From: Deltaproteobacteria bacterium
GTDB taxonomy: Bacteria > Myxococcota_A > Polyangia > DRWM01
NCBI GenBank assembly: GCA_019310245.1
Contig: JAFDER010000007.1
Location: 1 to 51,828 of the forward strand
Reading direction: 5' to 3'
Length of the DNA: 51,828 nucleotides
Below are positions 1 to 8,059 of the stretch, one piece after another. How positions within the stretch are numbered: the stretch's first letter is position 1; every line of letters begins with the position of its first letter. Below the pieces are notes generated by a model. It searched no databases. It was not told the DNA's origin and saw only the letters and a list, made by a program, of their open reading frames with translations. Both the position numbers and the translations under genes were made by a program.

Positions 1-1
1 C

Positions 2-256
2 GTCCTGCTCTCCACCCATGTCCGCCTCCTCGACGGGCTGGAGGCTCTGCTCGGATCGATGCCGTCGTCCCGTCTTGTCCCGTCCCTCCGTCACCTGGCC
101 TTCGTGCCGGACCTCTGCACGCTGTACGCCCAGGTCGTGCCCGCACCCGGAGCCGTCGAGAGTGCGGCACGCATGCTGATGACGCAGGGCAGGGACTTCG
201 TGCTCTCCGGCGGCGATGCCTCATCACGAAGCGTATCCGCTGCAGGGACGAAATAG
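2..256 (+). CDS. 3' end of an unidentified CDS entering from upstream of the window (partial)
   Basis: The frame is open from the window edge to TAG at 254-256. Nearly every codon ends in G/C, the same coding signature as the homology-supported genes here. No family recognised. Confidence 0.35.
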   Translation, partial: VLLSTHVRLLDGLEALLGSMPSSRLVPSLRHLAFVPDLCTLYAQVVPAPGAVESAARMLMTQGRDFVLSGGDASSRSVSAAGTK

Positions 257-279
257 GACTGCCCGGGCCCCTGCTCCCG

Positions 280-313
280 ACTGGACAATTCCAGTCCACT
301 GGAATTGTCCAGT
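280..313. terminator. Perfect 16-nt inverted repeat between convergent genes; possible bidirectional terminator or operator
   Basis: Arms 280-295 (ACTGGACAATTCCAGT) and 298-313 (ACTGGAATTGTCCAGT) are exact reverse complements. The element is unusually A/T-rich for this DNA. There is no U-tract on either side. Confidence 0.35.
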
Positions 314-420
314 AGCGGTCAGTCACCGGGGAACTGTATGGTGCCTTCGACCCACCGCCGTGGACGTTCCTCGCCGTGGACATGTGATGTGCCGATTGAG
401 TAGGATCGATGAGGCAGTGG

Positions 421-966
421 CTAGCCGGTGCCGGCTTCAGGAGAGGTGAAGGGCGGGATGCAGTAGGTTCCCGGCGCGCCGGTCACCACGTCGCAGGTAT
501 AGGACTCCGAGGTCCGGCAGTCGCCCGCGGACGTGCAGCGCTTCAGGCAGTAGCGTCCCAGGTCGTTGAGGTTGACGCACGCGCCTCCCGTGCCGCAGTC
601 CATGTCGGAGGTGCACACGGCCGAGCAGTATCCGCCCGGGAATGTGATGTATCCCATGATGCTCGTCAGGCACGTCACGCCGGCGCCAGGCACGCCTCCA
701 CACTGCGTCGCCGAGTAGCAGGCGTCGCCGACCACGCCTCCAGTGGAGCCGCCGTCGTCGACCGCCTCGGGGATCACATCGGCGGGCAGGTCCGGCGTCA
801 CCTCGGTCGGGACGTCCGGGGGGACCTCGACGGTGTCGGAGGGCATATCCGAGACGTCCAGGAGGTCCGATCCCGTGTCCGTCGCGTCGCGGTTGGTCGG
901 GGTCGTCGTGGACGCGCACCCGGCTGCGAACCAGGTGAGCGCGAGCAGGTATGAAAGTCTTCTCAT
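421..966 (-). CDS. Small cysteine-rich secreted lipoprotein
   Basis: Start chosen at MRRLSYLLALTWFAAGC (signal peptide plus lipobox) inside ORF 421..996. It has an acidic Pro/Asp/Thr linker followed by a Cys-rich domain (GGYCSAVCTSDMDCG...). It is paralogous to the protein at 17946..18365. Confidence 0.7.
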   Translation of the reverse strand: MRRLSYLLALTWFAAGCASTTTPTNRDATDTGSDLLDVSDMPSDTVEVPPDVPTEVTPDLPADVIPEAVDDGGSTGGVVGDACYSATQCGGVPGAGVTCLTSIMGYITFPGGYCSAVCTSDMDCGTGGACVNLNDLGRYCLKRCTSAGDCRTSESYTCDVVTGAPGTYCIPPFTSPEAGTG

Positions 967-1332
967 TTCAGTAGTCTCCAGTTTCGGGGACACCACGTTT
1001 CCAGATCGAACCGTTCAAGTATACGCCGCAACTCGCAACGGCCGCAACTTGATAGTTGTTCTGTGTGCTCCCGGATTCGATCGGGTGCATGATCAGGATC
1101 ACCAGCGGATCCCCCATTCCCTGGGAGTGTCATCCAGGCCCTGTAGAGCCCCAGATCTGAAACGGTAGTCAAGGGCTGCTCCCCAATTGTGAAATATGAT
1201 CCCCCTTTTCCCCCTTCCAGCCCGGTCGGGTGGGTGCGAAACGTTCTGATTCACATCCCGGTCACGGGCCCCGGGCCGGGGCCGGAGCAGACGCCTGCAA
1301 TTCGTCGAAACAATTGGCTTATCCCTTGCCAT

Positions 1333-1388
1333 CCCGGAGGCCTCCCCCGGGCACCGGGGGGCCTCCGGGCAACGCGAGCCGGCTTTTT
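1333..1388 (+). terminator. Strong GC hairpin followed by a T-run, upstream of the sigma-factor gene
   Basis: CCCGGAGGCCTCCCCCGG gca CCGGGGGGCCTCCGGG spans 1333-1369 with one bulged base. TTTTT follows at 1384-1388. It lies about 80 nt before the ATG at 1469, and no upstream plus-strand CDS explains it. Confidence 0.3.
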
Positions 1389-1468
1389 CGGAACATGACC
1401 GCCGGGCGGCACGGGCGTTGCACATCCATCCGTTGCAGACAGCGCGGACAAGGGGTCGGGAACGAGAA

Positions 1469-2341
1469 ATGAAGTCCACCGTCAACTATCTCGCCGAGCG
1501 CAGCCAGGAGTACATGAACGCTCCCAAGCTGTCTGCTGTCGAGGAGCGCGAGCTGCTCATGAGGTGGCGCGGGCAGAGCGACCATTCCGCGCGTCGGCGC
1601 CTCATCGAGTGCAGCATGAGGCACGTGGTCGCGATCGCCAGGCGTTACCGCCGCTATCCCGTTGCGTTCGGCGACCTGATCGCCGAGGGCAGCCTGGGCC
1701 TCGTCATCGCCATCGACAGGTTCGACGTGTCCAAGAATGTCAGGCTCGTCACGTACGCCTCGTACTGGATCAGGGCGTACGTCTTCCAGGCCATCATCAA
1801 GGAATGGAAGCGTGGCAAGACCGGCCTCGGGATGACCCGCAGCAAGACGTTCTTCAAGATCCGCAGGCTGCTGGCGACCCAGATCGCCCTGCATGGCGAG
1901 AGGGGTCCGAACCTGAAGGAGATGGCGCAGGATCTCGACGTGAGCGTCAAGAGCCTCAGGGACATGCTCGATTACCTCGAGACCTACGACGTCTCGCTCG
2001 ACGGCGACTGGAGCGGCGAAGGCGAGAAGCCCGGCCGGCTCCACGACAGGATGGCCGACGGACGGCCCTGTCCCGAGTCGGTGACGGCGGGCGCCGAGTA
2101 CCGCTCGGTGATGCACGCCGTGATCGAACGGGCCCTCAGGTGCCTCGACGAGCGCGAGAGGCTCGTGGCCTCCGCCCGGCTCATGGAGGACGAGCCGAGG
2201 ACGCTCGCCGAACTCGGCCGGACGATGGGCGTCTCGCGCGAGCGTGCACGGCAGATCGAGGTGCGTGCACGGCAGAAGCTGAACCGCGCCCTGAAGCGCG
2301 AGGGCCTCACCTCGGCCTCGCTCATGTCCTTCGGCGCCTGA
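1469..2341 (+). CDS. rpoH: RNA polymerase sigma-70 family factor, RpoH (sigma-32)-like
   Basis: Region 2 reads DLIAEGSLGLVIAIDRFD and LVTYASYWIRAYV. An RpoH-box-like SKTFFKIRR sits at the same spacing from the WI(K/R)A motif as in E. coli RpoH (QRKLFFNLR). Region 4 HTH reads RTLAELGRTMGVSRERARQIE. Start taken at MKSTVNY. Confidence 0.8.
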   Translation: MKSTVNYLAERSQEYMNAPKLSAVEERELLMRWRGQSDHSARRRLIECSMRHVVAIARRYRRYPVAFGDLIAEGSLGLVIAIDRFDVSKNVRLVTYASYWIRAYVFQAIIKEWKRGKTGLGMTRSKTFFKIRRLLATQIALHGERGPNLKEMAQDLDVSVKSLRDMLDYLETYDVSLDGDWSGEGEKPGRLHDRMADGRPCPESVTAGAEYRSVMHAVIERALRCLDERERLVASARLMEDEPRTLAELGRTMGVSRERARQIEVRARQKLNRALKREGLTSASLMSFGA

Positions 2342-2393
2342 GCCTCTCTCGTAGAGCTTGAACTTTTTCACCCGACGGATAACTGTCTTGCGG

Positions 2394-4181
2394 ATGGACC
2401 TCGACTTCTTCCGCCACTCCATCGAGTCTGCCCTCGCCCCGCTCGTTCCGGATGGCGCCGTCCGCGGGCTCGTGTCCGAGCCTCCTCCGCCCAAGGTCGA
2501 CCGCGGAGGCGGATCCGGAAAGGCGAGGCGCTCCTCCGGCCAGCGCGTCAAGCTCGCCGACCTGAGCGTGCCGTGCTTCCGCCTGACCCGGGCCTTCGAG
2601 GGCATGAAGCCTCCCGCGATCGCGGTCCACCTTCTGACCGGGCTTGCCGGCCCTCCCGCGGGGTTTTCGGATGTCGTGGCGAACGGGCCCTACCTCAACT
2701 TCTTCTACGATCCGGCCGTTCTCGCCGAAAAGGTCCTCGAGGGGGAGATCGAGCCCGCCGCGGATACCGGCCTGACCATCCTCGTCGAGTACTCCTCGCC
2801 CAACATCGCCAAGCCCTTCCACATCGGGCACCTTCGCACGACCATCCTGGGCGAGTGCCTCGCCCGCATGCTCGAGCACCAGGGGCACACCGTCGTGCGC
2901 ATCAACCACCTGGGCGACTGGGGTGTGCAGACCGGCTTCCAGATCCTGGCGTGGCGCCGCTGGGGCCGCGACGCCGAGCTCGAGAGGGGAGGGATCAGGT
3001 ACCTGTGCGACCTCTACGTGAGGATCAATGCGGAGGCAGAGGACGATCCGTCGCTCGCCGATCAGGCGCGTGCCCTGTTCCGGAGCCTCGAGGAGGGCGA
3101 TGCGTCCGTGCGCGAGGACTGGAGGAGGTTCGTCGACATCACACTCGAGGAGCTCGGGCGGTCGTACGGCCGCCTCGGGGTGGGTTTCGACCGCTACGAT
3201 GGTGAGAGCTCCTACGAGACCATGATCCCGGGCGTGCTCGAGGAGCTCGACGAGAGCGGGATGCTCTACGAGAGCGAGGGCGCCCGGGTGGTGGACGTGG
3301 AGGGGCTCGAGGAGCCCTGCATCCTCGTCAAGTCCGACGGGGCGACGATCTACCAGACGCGCGACGTGGCCGCGGCGCTCTTCCGCTGGAAGACGTGGCC
3401 CGGATTCTCCCGCTGCCTCTACGTCGTGGCCGCGAACCAGGAGTTCCACTTTCGCCAGGTCTTCGGCGTGTTCGATCGCATGCGCCCCGACGGTGCGGGC
3501 CGGCTGCGCCACGTCAAGTTCGGGATGGTGCGCGATGCCGCGGGGGACATCTTCTCCACGCGCGGGGGCGCGTCCGCCCGGCTGGACGACATCCTGGACG
3601 AGGCGCGTGATCGCGCCCTCGATCTCGTGCGCGAGAAGTCGGGTCCACTGCAGGACGAGATGGCCGTGGCCGAGGCAGTGGGCTGCGCCGCGCTCGCCTA
3701 CGAGTTCCTGCGACGCTCTCCCAACCGCGATCTCAGGTTCGTCTTCGAGGAGGCCTCGCGCCCCGACGGCGACACGGGACCCTACCTGCAATACACGCAT
3801 GCGCGCTGCTGCTCGATCATCAACGAGTGCGGCGGGATGCCGGCCGGCCCCTGGGACCCCTCCCTGCTCGATGGGCCCGAGGAGGTCGAGGTGCTCAAGG
3901 CCCTGCTCAGGCTCCCGTCCGCCGTGGGCCGCAGCGCGGACCACGGGTCCGACGCATACGACACGTCCACCTTCACGTCCGCGCTCATGGAACTGGCGAG
4001 GTCGTTTGGCTCCTTCTACACGGCTTCCGGCGACGCGGGCTCCGGACAAAGGTACCGCTACCCCGTGCGCGACGCGGGGCCCGAGCTGCGGGCCTCGAGG
4101 CTCCGGCTCGTCGACAGCGTGCGCCGCGCCCTCGCGTGGGGCTTGCACCTGCTGACCATCCAGGCGCCGGAACGCATGTGA
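2394..4181 (+). CDS. argS: Arginine--tRNA ligase
   Basis: Class I HIGH motif in SSPNIAKPFHIGHLRTTILGE, followed by INHLGDWGVQTG. The C-terminus QAPERM matches the characteristic ArgS ending. ATG taken at 2394 (MDLDFF); the listed ORF starts at an upstream TTG. Confidence 0.9.
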   Translation: MDLDFFRHSIESALAPLVPDGAVRGLVSEPPPPKVDRGGGSGKARRSSGQRVKLADLSVPCFRLTRAFEGMKPPAIAVHLLTGLAGPPAGFSDVVANGPYLNFFYDPAVLAEKVLEGEIEPAADTGLTILVEYSSPNIAKPFHIGHLRTTILGECLARMLEHQGHTVVRINHLGDWGVQTGFQILAWRRWGRDAELERGGIRYLCDLYVRINAEAEDDPSLADQARALFRSLEEGDASVREDWRRFVDITLEELGRSYGRLGVGFDRYDGESSYETMIPGVLEELDESGMLYESEGARVVDVEGLEEPCILVKSDGATIYQTRDVAAALFRWKTWPGFSRCLYVVAANQEFHFRQVFGVFDRMRPDGAGRLRHVKFGMVRDAAGDIFSTRGGASARLDDILDEARDRALDLVREKSGPLQDEMAVAEAVGCAALAYEFLRRSPNRDLRFVFEEASRPDGDTGPYLQYTHARCCSIINECGGMPAGPWDPSLLDGPEEVEVLKALLRLPSAVGRSADHGSDAYDTSTFTSALMELARSFGSFYTASGDAGSGQRYRYPVRDAGPELRASRLRLVDSVRRALAWGLHLLTIQAPERM

Positions 4182-4371
4182 TCCTCCGGTCGTCCCGGCT
4201 AAGATTGTCAGCTCCGCCGTTCGAGGATACACTTTCACGAGGGGGATCGTGAGTTGGGAACAAGCCGCCGGAGTCGATCGTCTACGAGATCGACGAACAG
4301 TGGAACCTCGCGCGTTTCGCGTTCGTCATGATCGGCAGCGAGTCGATGATCAGAACGGAGGTCTTCAGGTT

Positions 4372-6303
4372 ATGAGAGCGACGCCATGGATTGGTTCGAG
4401 AGGGACGACGCTCCGGCTTGATGCCTGCGCGCTTCTTGCGTGTCTTCTCGTCTCCTGCGGGGGCAAGGGCGTCAGCGACGGCGAGCCCGACGGTTCGGCG
4501 GACGGGACCGTGGACGTGGCGGGCGACTGCGAGGCCGCCGCGGAGGAGTGCAACTACCTGGACGACGACTGCGATGGCGTGATCGACAACGGTTTCGATC
4601 TCGAGACGGACCCCGCCAACTGCGGCGCGTGCGGGGTGTCCTGCGATGCGGAGCACACGACGGCCGCCTGCGTGGACTCGGTGTGCGTGGTGGAGGAGTG
4701 CGAGGCGGGGTGGCACGACGTGGACGGGGACCCGTTCAACGGCTGCGAGTACGAGTGCGAGGCCACGGCCGGGGCCGAGAGCCCTGACGACGGTACCTGC
4801 ACCGACGAGCTGGACAACGACTGCGACGGGAGGATCGACTCCGAGGACACGGACTGCTCGGACTGCGTGTCCGAGATCTGCAACGGGCTGGACGACGACT
4901 GCGACGATCTCGTCGACGAGGACTTCGACCTGGACGCCGATCCGCTCAACTGCGGAGCGTGCGGTACGGCCTGCAGCCACAGGCCGCACGCCACGCCCAC
5001 GTGCGAGGAGGGCACCTGCTCGTTCATGTGCGACGAGGGCTGGATCGACGCGGACGGCCGGGCGGACAACGGGTGCGAGGAGCGAGGCGATCCGTGCACG
5101 CCGGTGCCCGGCGGCACCGAGACGGCCTGCAACGGCGTGGACGAGGACTGCGACACGCTGTTCGACGAGGACTACGTCTCCACGACTTGCGGCGTGGGGG
5201 CGTGCGCGTCCCCCTCGACCTGCGTGGGAGGCGTGGAGGACTGCACGCCGGGCACGCCGGCCGGCGGCGATTCGACCTGCGACGGCGTGGATGACGACTG
5301 CGACGGCAGCGATGACGAGGACTACGTTCCCACGACCTGCGGCGTGGGCGCGTGCGAGAGGGACTCCACCTGCACCGGCGGGGCCGTGGACTGCACTCCA
5401 GGCACACCGTCTGGCAGCGACTCCTCGTGCAACGGAGTGGACGACGATTGCGACGGCAGCGATGACGAGGACTACGTCCCCACGACCTGCGGCGTGGGCG
5501 CGTGCGAGAGGGACTCCACCTGCACCGGCGGGGCCGTGGACTGCACGCCGGGCTCGTCCACGGGCACTGACGACGACTGCGACGGCGTGGACGACGACTG
5601 CGACGGCTCGGCCGACGAGCACTGGACGGCCAGCACGTGCGGTGACGGACCATGCAGGCGCACCGCCACCTGCATCCTGGGTGTTTTCGACTGCACGCCC
5701 GGCACGCCCCCGGGCACTGACGACGACTGCGACGACGTGGACGACGACTGCGACGGTTCGGTCGACGAGCACTGGATGGCCCCCACGTGCGGCGCCTCGG
5801 GCCAGTGCGAGGCGACCGCCACGTGCGTCTCTGGCACCGAGAGCTGCACGCCCAGGGGCGACGACTCGCTCTGGCCCTCGAGCTGGGCCAGCCTCGAAGC
5901 AGGCGTGGTTGCCCAGATCAACGCCGAGCGCGCGGCAGGCGCGTTCTGCAACGGAACCTGGTATCCGCCCGTGGCCTCCCTGACCATGGACACGTCGCTG
6001 CGCCAGGCCTCCCGCTGCCACAGCCTCGACATGGCGGAGAACGACTTCTTCAGCCACACAGGATCCGACGGGACCGCGTTCTGGACGAGGTGCTCCAGGG
6101 CGGGCTACTCCGGCTTCGCAGCCGGGGAGAACATCGCGGCGGGTCAGTCCTCCGCCGCCGCGGCGGTGGCGAGCTGGATGTCCTCGACCTCGGGCCACTG
6201 CGAGATGATCATGAACTCCAGCGTGACCGAGGTGGGGATCGGATACGCCTACAACTCGTCGGCGCGCTGGCGGCGCTACTGGACGGCCGACTTCGGCCGG
6301 TGA
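4372..6303 (+). CDS. Secreted lipoprotein: MopE-type cysteine-rich repeats fused to a C-terminal CAP/SCP (YkwD-like) domain
   Basis: Signal/lipobox LLACLLVSCGG. Repeated C-N-G-x-D-D-D-C-D-G modules. The C-terminal block INAERAAG...HSLDMAENDFFSHTGSDG...GENIAAG...WMSSTSGHCEMIMN...YWTADFG is typical of CAP/PR-1 domains. ATG at 4372 is preceded by GGAG. Confidence 0.8.
   Translation: MRATPWIGSRGTTLRLDACALLACLLVSCGGKGVSDGEPDGSADGTVDVAGDCEAAAEECNYLDDDCDGVIDNGFDLETDPANCGACGVSCDAEHTTAACVDSVCVVEECEAGWHDVDGDPFNGCEYECEATAGAESPDDGTCTDELDNDCDGRIDSEDTDCSDCVSEICNGLDDDCDDLVDEDFDLDADPLNCGACGTACSHRPHATPTCEEGTCSFMCDEGWIDADGRADNGCEERGDPCTPVPGGTETACNGVDEDCDTLFDEDYVSTTCGVGACASPSTCVGGVEDCTPGTPAGGDSTCDGVDDDCDGSDDEDYVPTTCGVGACERDSTCTGGAVDCTPGTPSGSDSSCNGVDDDCDGSDDEDYVPTTCGVGACERDSTCTGGAVDCTPGSSTGTDDDCDGVDDDCDGSADEHWTASTCGDGPCRRTATCILGVFDCTPGTPPGTDDDCDDVDDDCDGSVDEHWMAPTCGASGQCEATATCVSGTESCTPRGDDSLWPSSWASLEAGVVAQINAERAAGAFCNGTWYPPVASLTMDTSLRQASRCHSLDMAENDFFSHTGSDGTAFWTRCSRAGYSGFAAGENIAAGQSSAAAAVASWMSSTSGHCEMIMNSSVTEVGIGYAYNSSARWRRYWTADFGR
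5287..5546 (+). repeat. Near-identical direct duplication (150-nt period) inside the cysteine-repeat gene
   Basis: 5301-5396 and 5451-5546 are identical except one position (5328 T versus 5478 C). Similarity extends to about 5287/5437. Each copy encodes CDGSDDEDYVPTTCGVGACERDSTCTGGAVDCTPG. Confidence 0.9.
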
Positions 6304-6370
6304 GAGCGCAGTAGTTGCGAGCACTTGCGGTGTGTGATATCAGTCAGGCGTCAAGCGAGGGGCTGGAAAG

Positions 6371-6781
6371 ATGAGCATCGAGGATTCCATCAACACCTTC
6401 GGCGAGAAGCAGGTGCCGATCGAGCTCAAGGTGGAGTACAAGCGCGTCAACACGTTCCTGTCCGATTTCTGCAAGAACATCTCGCGCAACTACACGTTCA
6501 TCAAGACCAAGAACCCCCTCCCGGTCGGGACCCTGTTCCTCTTCCGCATCGTCGCGCCGGGCATCGACGAGCCCCTCAACATCAGGGGCTTCGTCAAGAA
6601 GGTCGTGACGGTCGAGAGCGCCACCGATGGCGAGAGCGCCGGGATGGACATCCAGTTCGAGTACGAAGAGCAGGCCGAGCGCGAGTCCCTCATGCGCAGG
6701 GTGCACGCACTCATCGACGAGAGCCTGGGATACAGACTCGGCGAGAAGATCCGGATGTACATCGAGGAGCGGAACGCCTGA
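6371..6781 (+). CDS. PilZ-like domain protein (TIGR02266-like, degenerate c-di-GMP motifs)
   Basis: IELKVEYKRVNTFLSDFCKNISRNYTFIKTKNPLPVGTLFLFRIV...IRGFVKKVV...GMDIQF follows the PilZ beta-barrel pattern. No RxxxR is visible, and the DxSxxG position reads NISRNY. Confidence 0.6.
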   Translation: MSIEDSINTFGEKQVPIELKVEYKRVNTFLSDFCKNISRNYTFIKTKNPLPVGTLFLFRIVAPGIDEPLNIRGFVKKVVTVESATDGESAGMDIQFEYEEQAERESLMRRVHALIDESLGYRLGEKIRMYIEERNA

Positions 6782-6788
6782 AGCGTCG

Positions 6789-7916
6789 CTACTTCTTCTC
6801 GTAGGGTTTCTTCGATTCCTGGTACTTCTTCAACAGCCCGATCCTGGCCTTGGAGTAGGCCATGAGCGCCTTGAATAGGTTCGTGATGCCGGTGGCCTTG
6901 GTGTACGTGCGGGCCCGGGTGATGCAGCCCTTGTAGATGATCCCCTCATCGCCCTCGAAGGATCCCGCGATCGCGGCCAGGGACCGCTGCTCGTCGTAGT
7001 AGGAATTCTTGATCGCGTTCTGGAACTGCTCGTCCTGGAGGTTCGCCTGGCCCGAGAGGAGGAACTTCTTCGCGCAGCCGTCGACCGTGGGAAAGTGCGC
7101 GGCCGCCTTCTCATCCGTGGAGCAGGCTCCGTCGATGGAGATCTTGCTGATGAGGCTCTCGAGCTCGGAGATCTTCTTGAACTCGCCGAGCTCGACGTAG
7201 TCGGAGCCCAGCGAGCAGGACATGAACTTGTAGTAGCGCCAGGCCTGTGCGAGATCGGAGGAGTTGAACTTCTCGCGCTTGCGGGCCTTGGCCCACAGCA
7301 TGCCCCAGCCCTTGTTGGCGGCGTCGGTGAGCTTCGAGTCCCACTTGGCGCGCTCGTTGGCGTCATGGAAGTACTCGGCCATCACGCGCCAGGAGGCGTC
7401 CACCTCCTCGACGGTCTCGGGAAGCCCCTCGAACTGCTCCTCGTACCCCTTGGGGACCTTCATCCCGCGCAGGTTCTCGGCGTGAGCGAGAGTGCCGACC
7501 AGGCTGGGCGGCGGCTCCTTGCCCACGGCCTCGAGCAGAGCCTCGTCGTTGTCGAGGCAGGCGAGGATGAGCTTGCCGAAGAGCCCCTCGTTCTGTGATA
7601 TCGCCGTCTCGATGACGGTCTCGAGCTTGAGGTTCGTGTTGACCTGGCTCTCCGCCGTGCCGCCGAAGATGCACTTCCACGTGCCTCCGTAGCCCGTGGC
7701 GTGGTACTCGGTGAACTCGTTCCAGAAGTCCTTGTGCACCTGGAGATTCGCCTGGCGTTCCTGTTCCGGCTTGAGCAGGAAGAAGTAGTAGCTCGTCACC
7801 CCGCCGCCGATGGAGGCGAGGATGAGGAGCATCACCACGATCTTGACTCCCGTGCCCTTGGACACCTTGATGTCCATGTCGTCGGCAGGGGGTGCAGGTG
7901 TTTTCTGCTCGTCCAT
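6789..7916 (-). CDS. Membrane-anchored hypothetical protein (one N-terminal TM helix, large Lys/Glu-rich domain)
   Basis: Strong SD (AAAGGAGGGAG) 6 nt before the ATG at 7916. TM helix VKIVVMLLILASIGGGVTSYYFFLL. Protein-like composition; no family recognised. Confidence 0.7.
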   Translation of the reverse strand: MDEQKTPAPPADDMDIKVSKGTGVKIVVMLLILASIGGGVTSYYFFLLKPEQERQANLQVHKDFWNEFTEYHATGYGGTWKCIFGGTAESQVNTNLKLETVIETAISQNEGLFGKLILACLDNDEALLEAVGKEPPPSLVGTLAHAENLRGMKVPKGYEEQFEGLPETVEEVDASWRVMAEYFHDANERAKWDSKLTDAANKGWGMLWAKARKREKFNSSDLAQAWRYYKFMSCSLGSDYVELGEFKKISELESLISKISIDGACSTDEKAAAHFPTVDGCAKKFLLSGQANLQDEQFQNAIKNSYYDEQRSLAAIAGSFEGDEGIIYKGCITRARTYTKATGITNLFKALMAYSKARIGLLKKYQESKKPYEKK

Positions 7917-8059
7917 TTGAACTCCCTCCTTTGGGGTGCGATGAGTGTTGGTTTGCCGAATCGCTGCCGGAGCCGCGGCCTCATGGACCGGTCCGCCCCA
8001 CCTTTCGTGCCAACCTATTAAAGATGATCTCGAAAATCAACTGCGGCCACTGCGGCCGT

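Noticed and set aside
1068-1092. CCGGATTCGATCGGGTG resembles the tmRNA 5' region / tRNA T-arm (GGATTCGA). A GGTTCGATC is also present on the other strand near 1005.
   Set aside because: No acceptor stem and no complementary T-stem. There is no CCA-proximal sequence or tag reading frame, so the flanks cannot be folded into a tRNA or tmRNA.
2322-4238. A 638-aa minus-strand ORF, and similar long ORFs at 1319..2605, 4282..6324, 10064..11833, 24923..26692, 35662..37302, 45553..47070, 47125..48591 and 48384..49742.
   Set aside because: All lie antisense to genes with clear family motifs (argS, CAP protein, hydrolase, Hsp70, redox operon). Their translations are Arg/Gly/Ala/Pro/His-rich low-complexity strings with no motifs. 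These are typical shadow ORFs of high-G+C DNA.
7998-8013. A sigma-54-like -24 element (minus strand TTGGCACGAAAGGTGG) about 85 nt upstream of the 6789..7916 gene.
   Set aside because: The -24 TGGCAC is good, but the -12 position reads GTGG instead of TTGC, so the critical GC dinucleotide is missing. I cannot support it as a promoter without transcription start site data.
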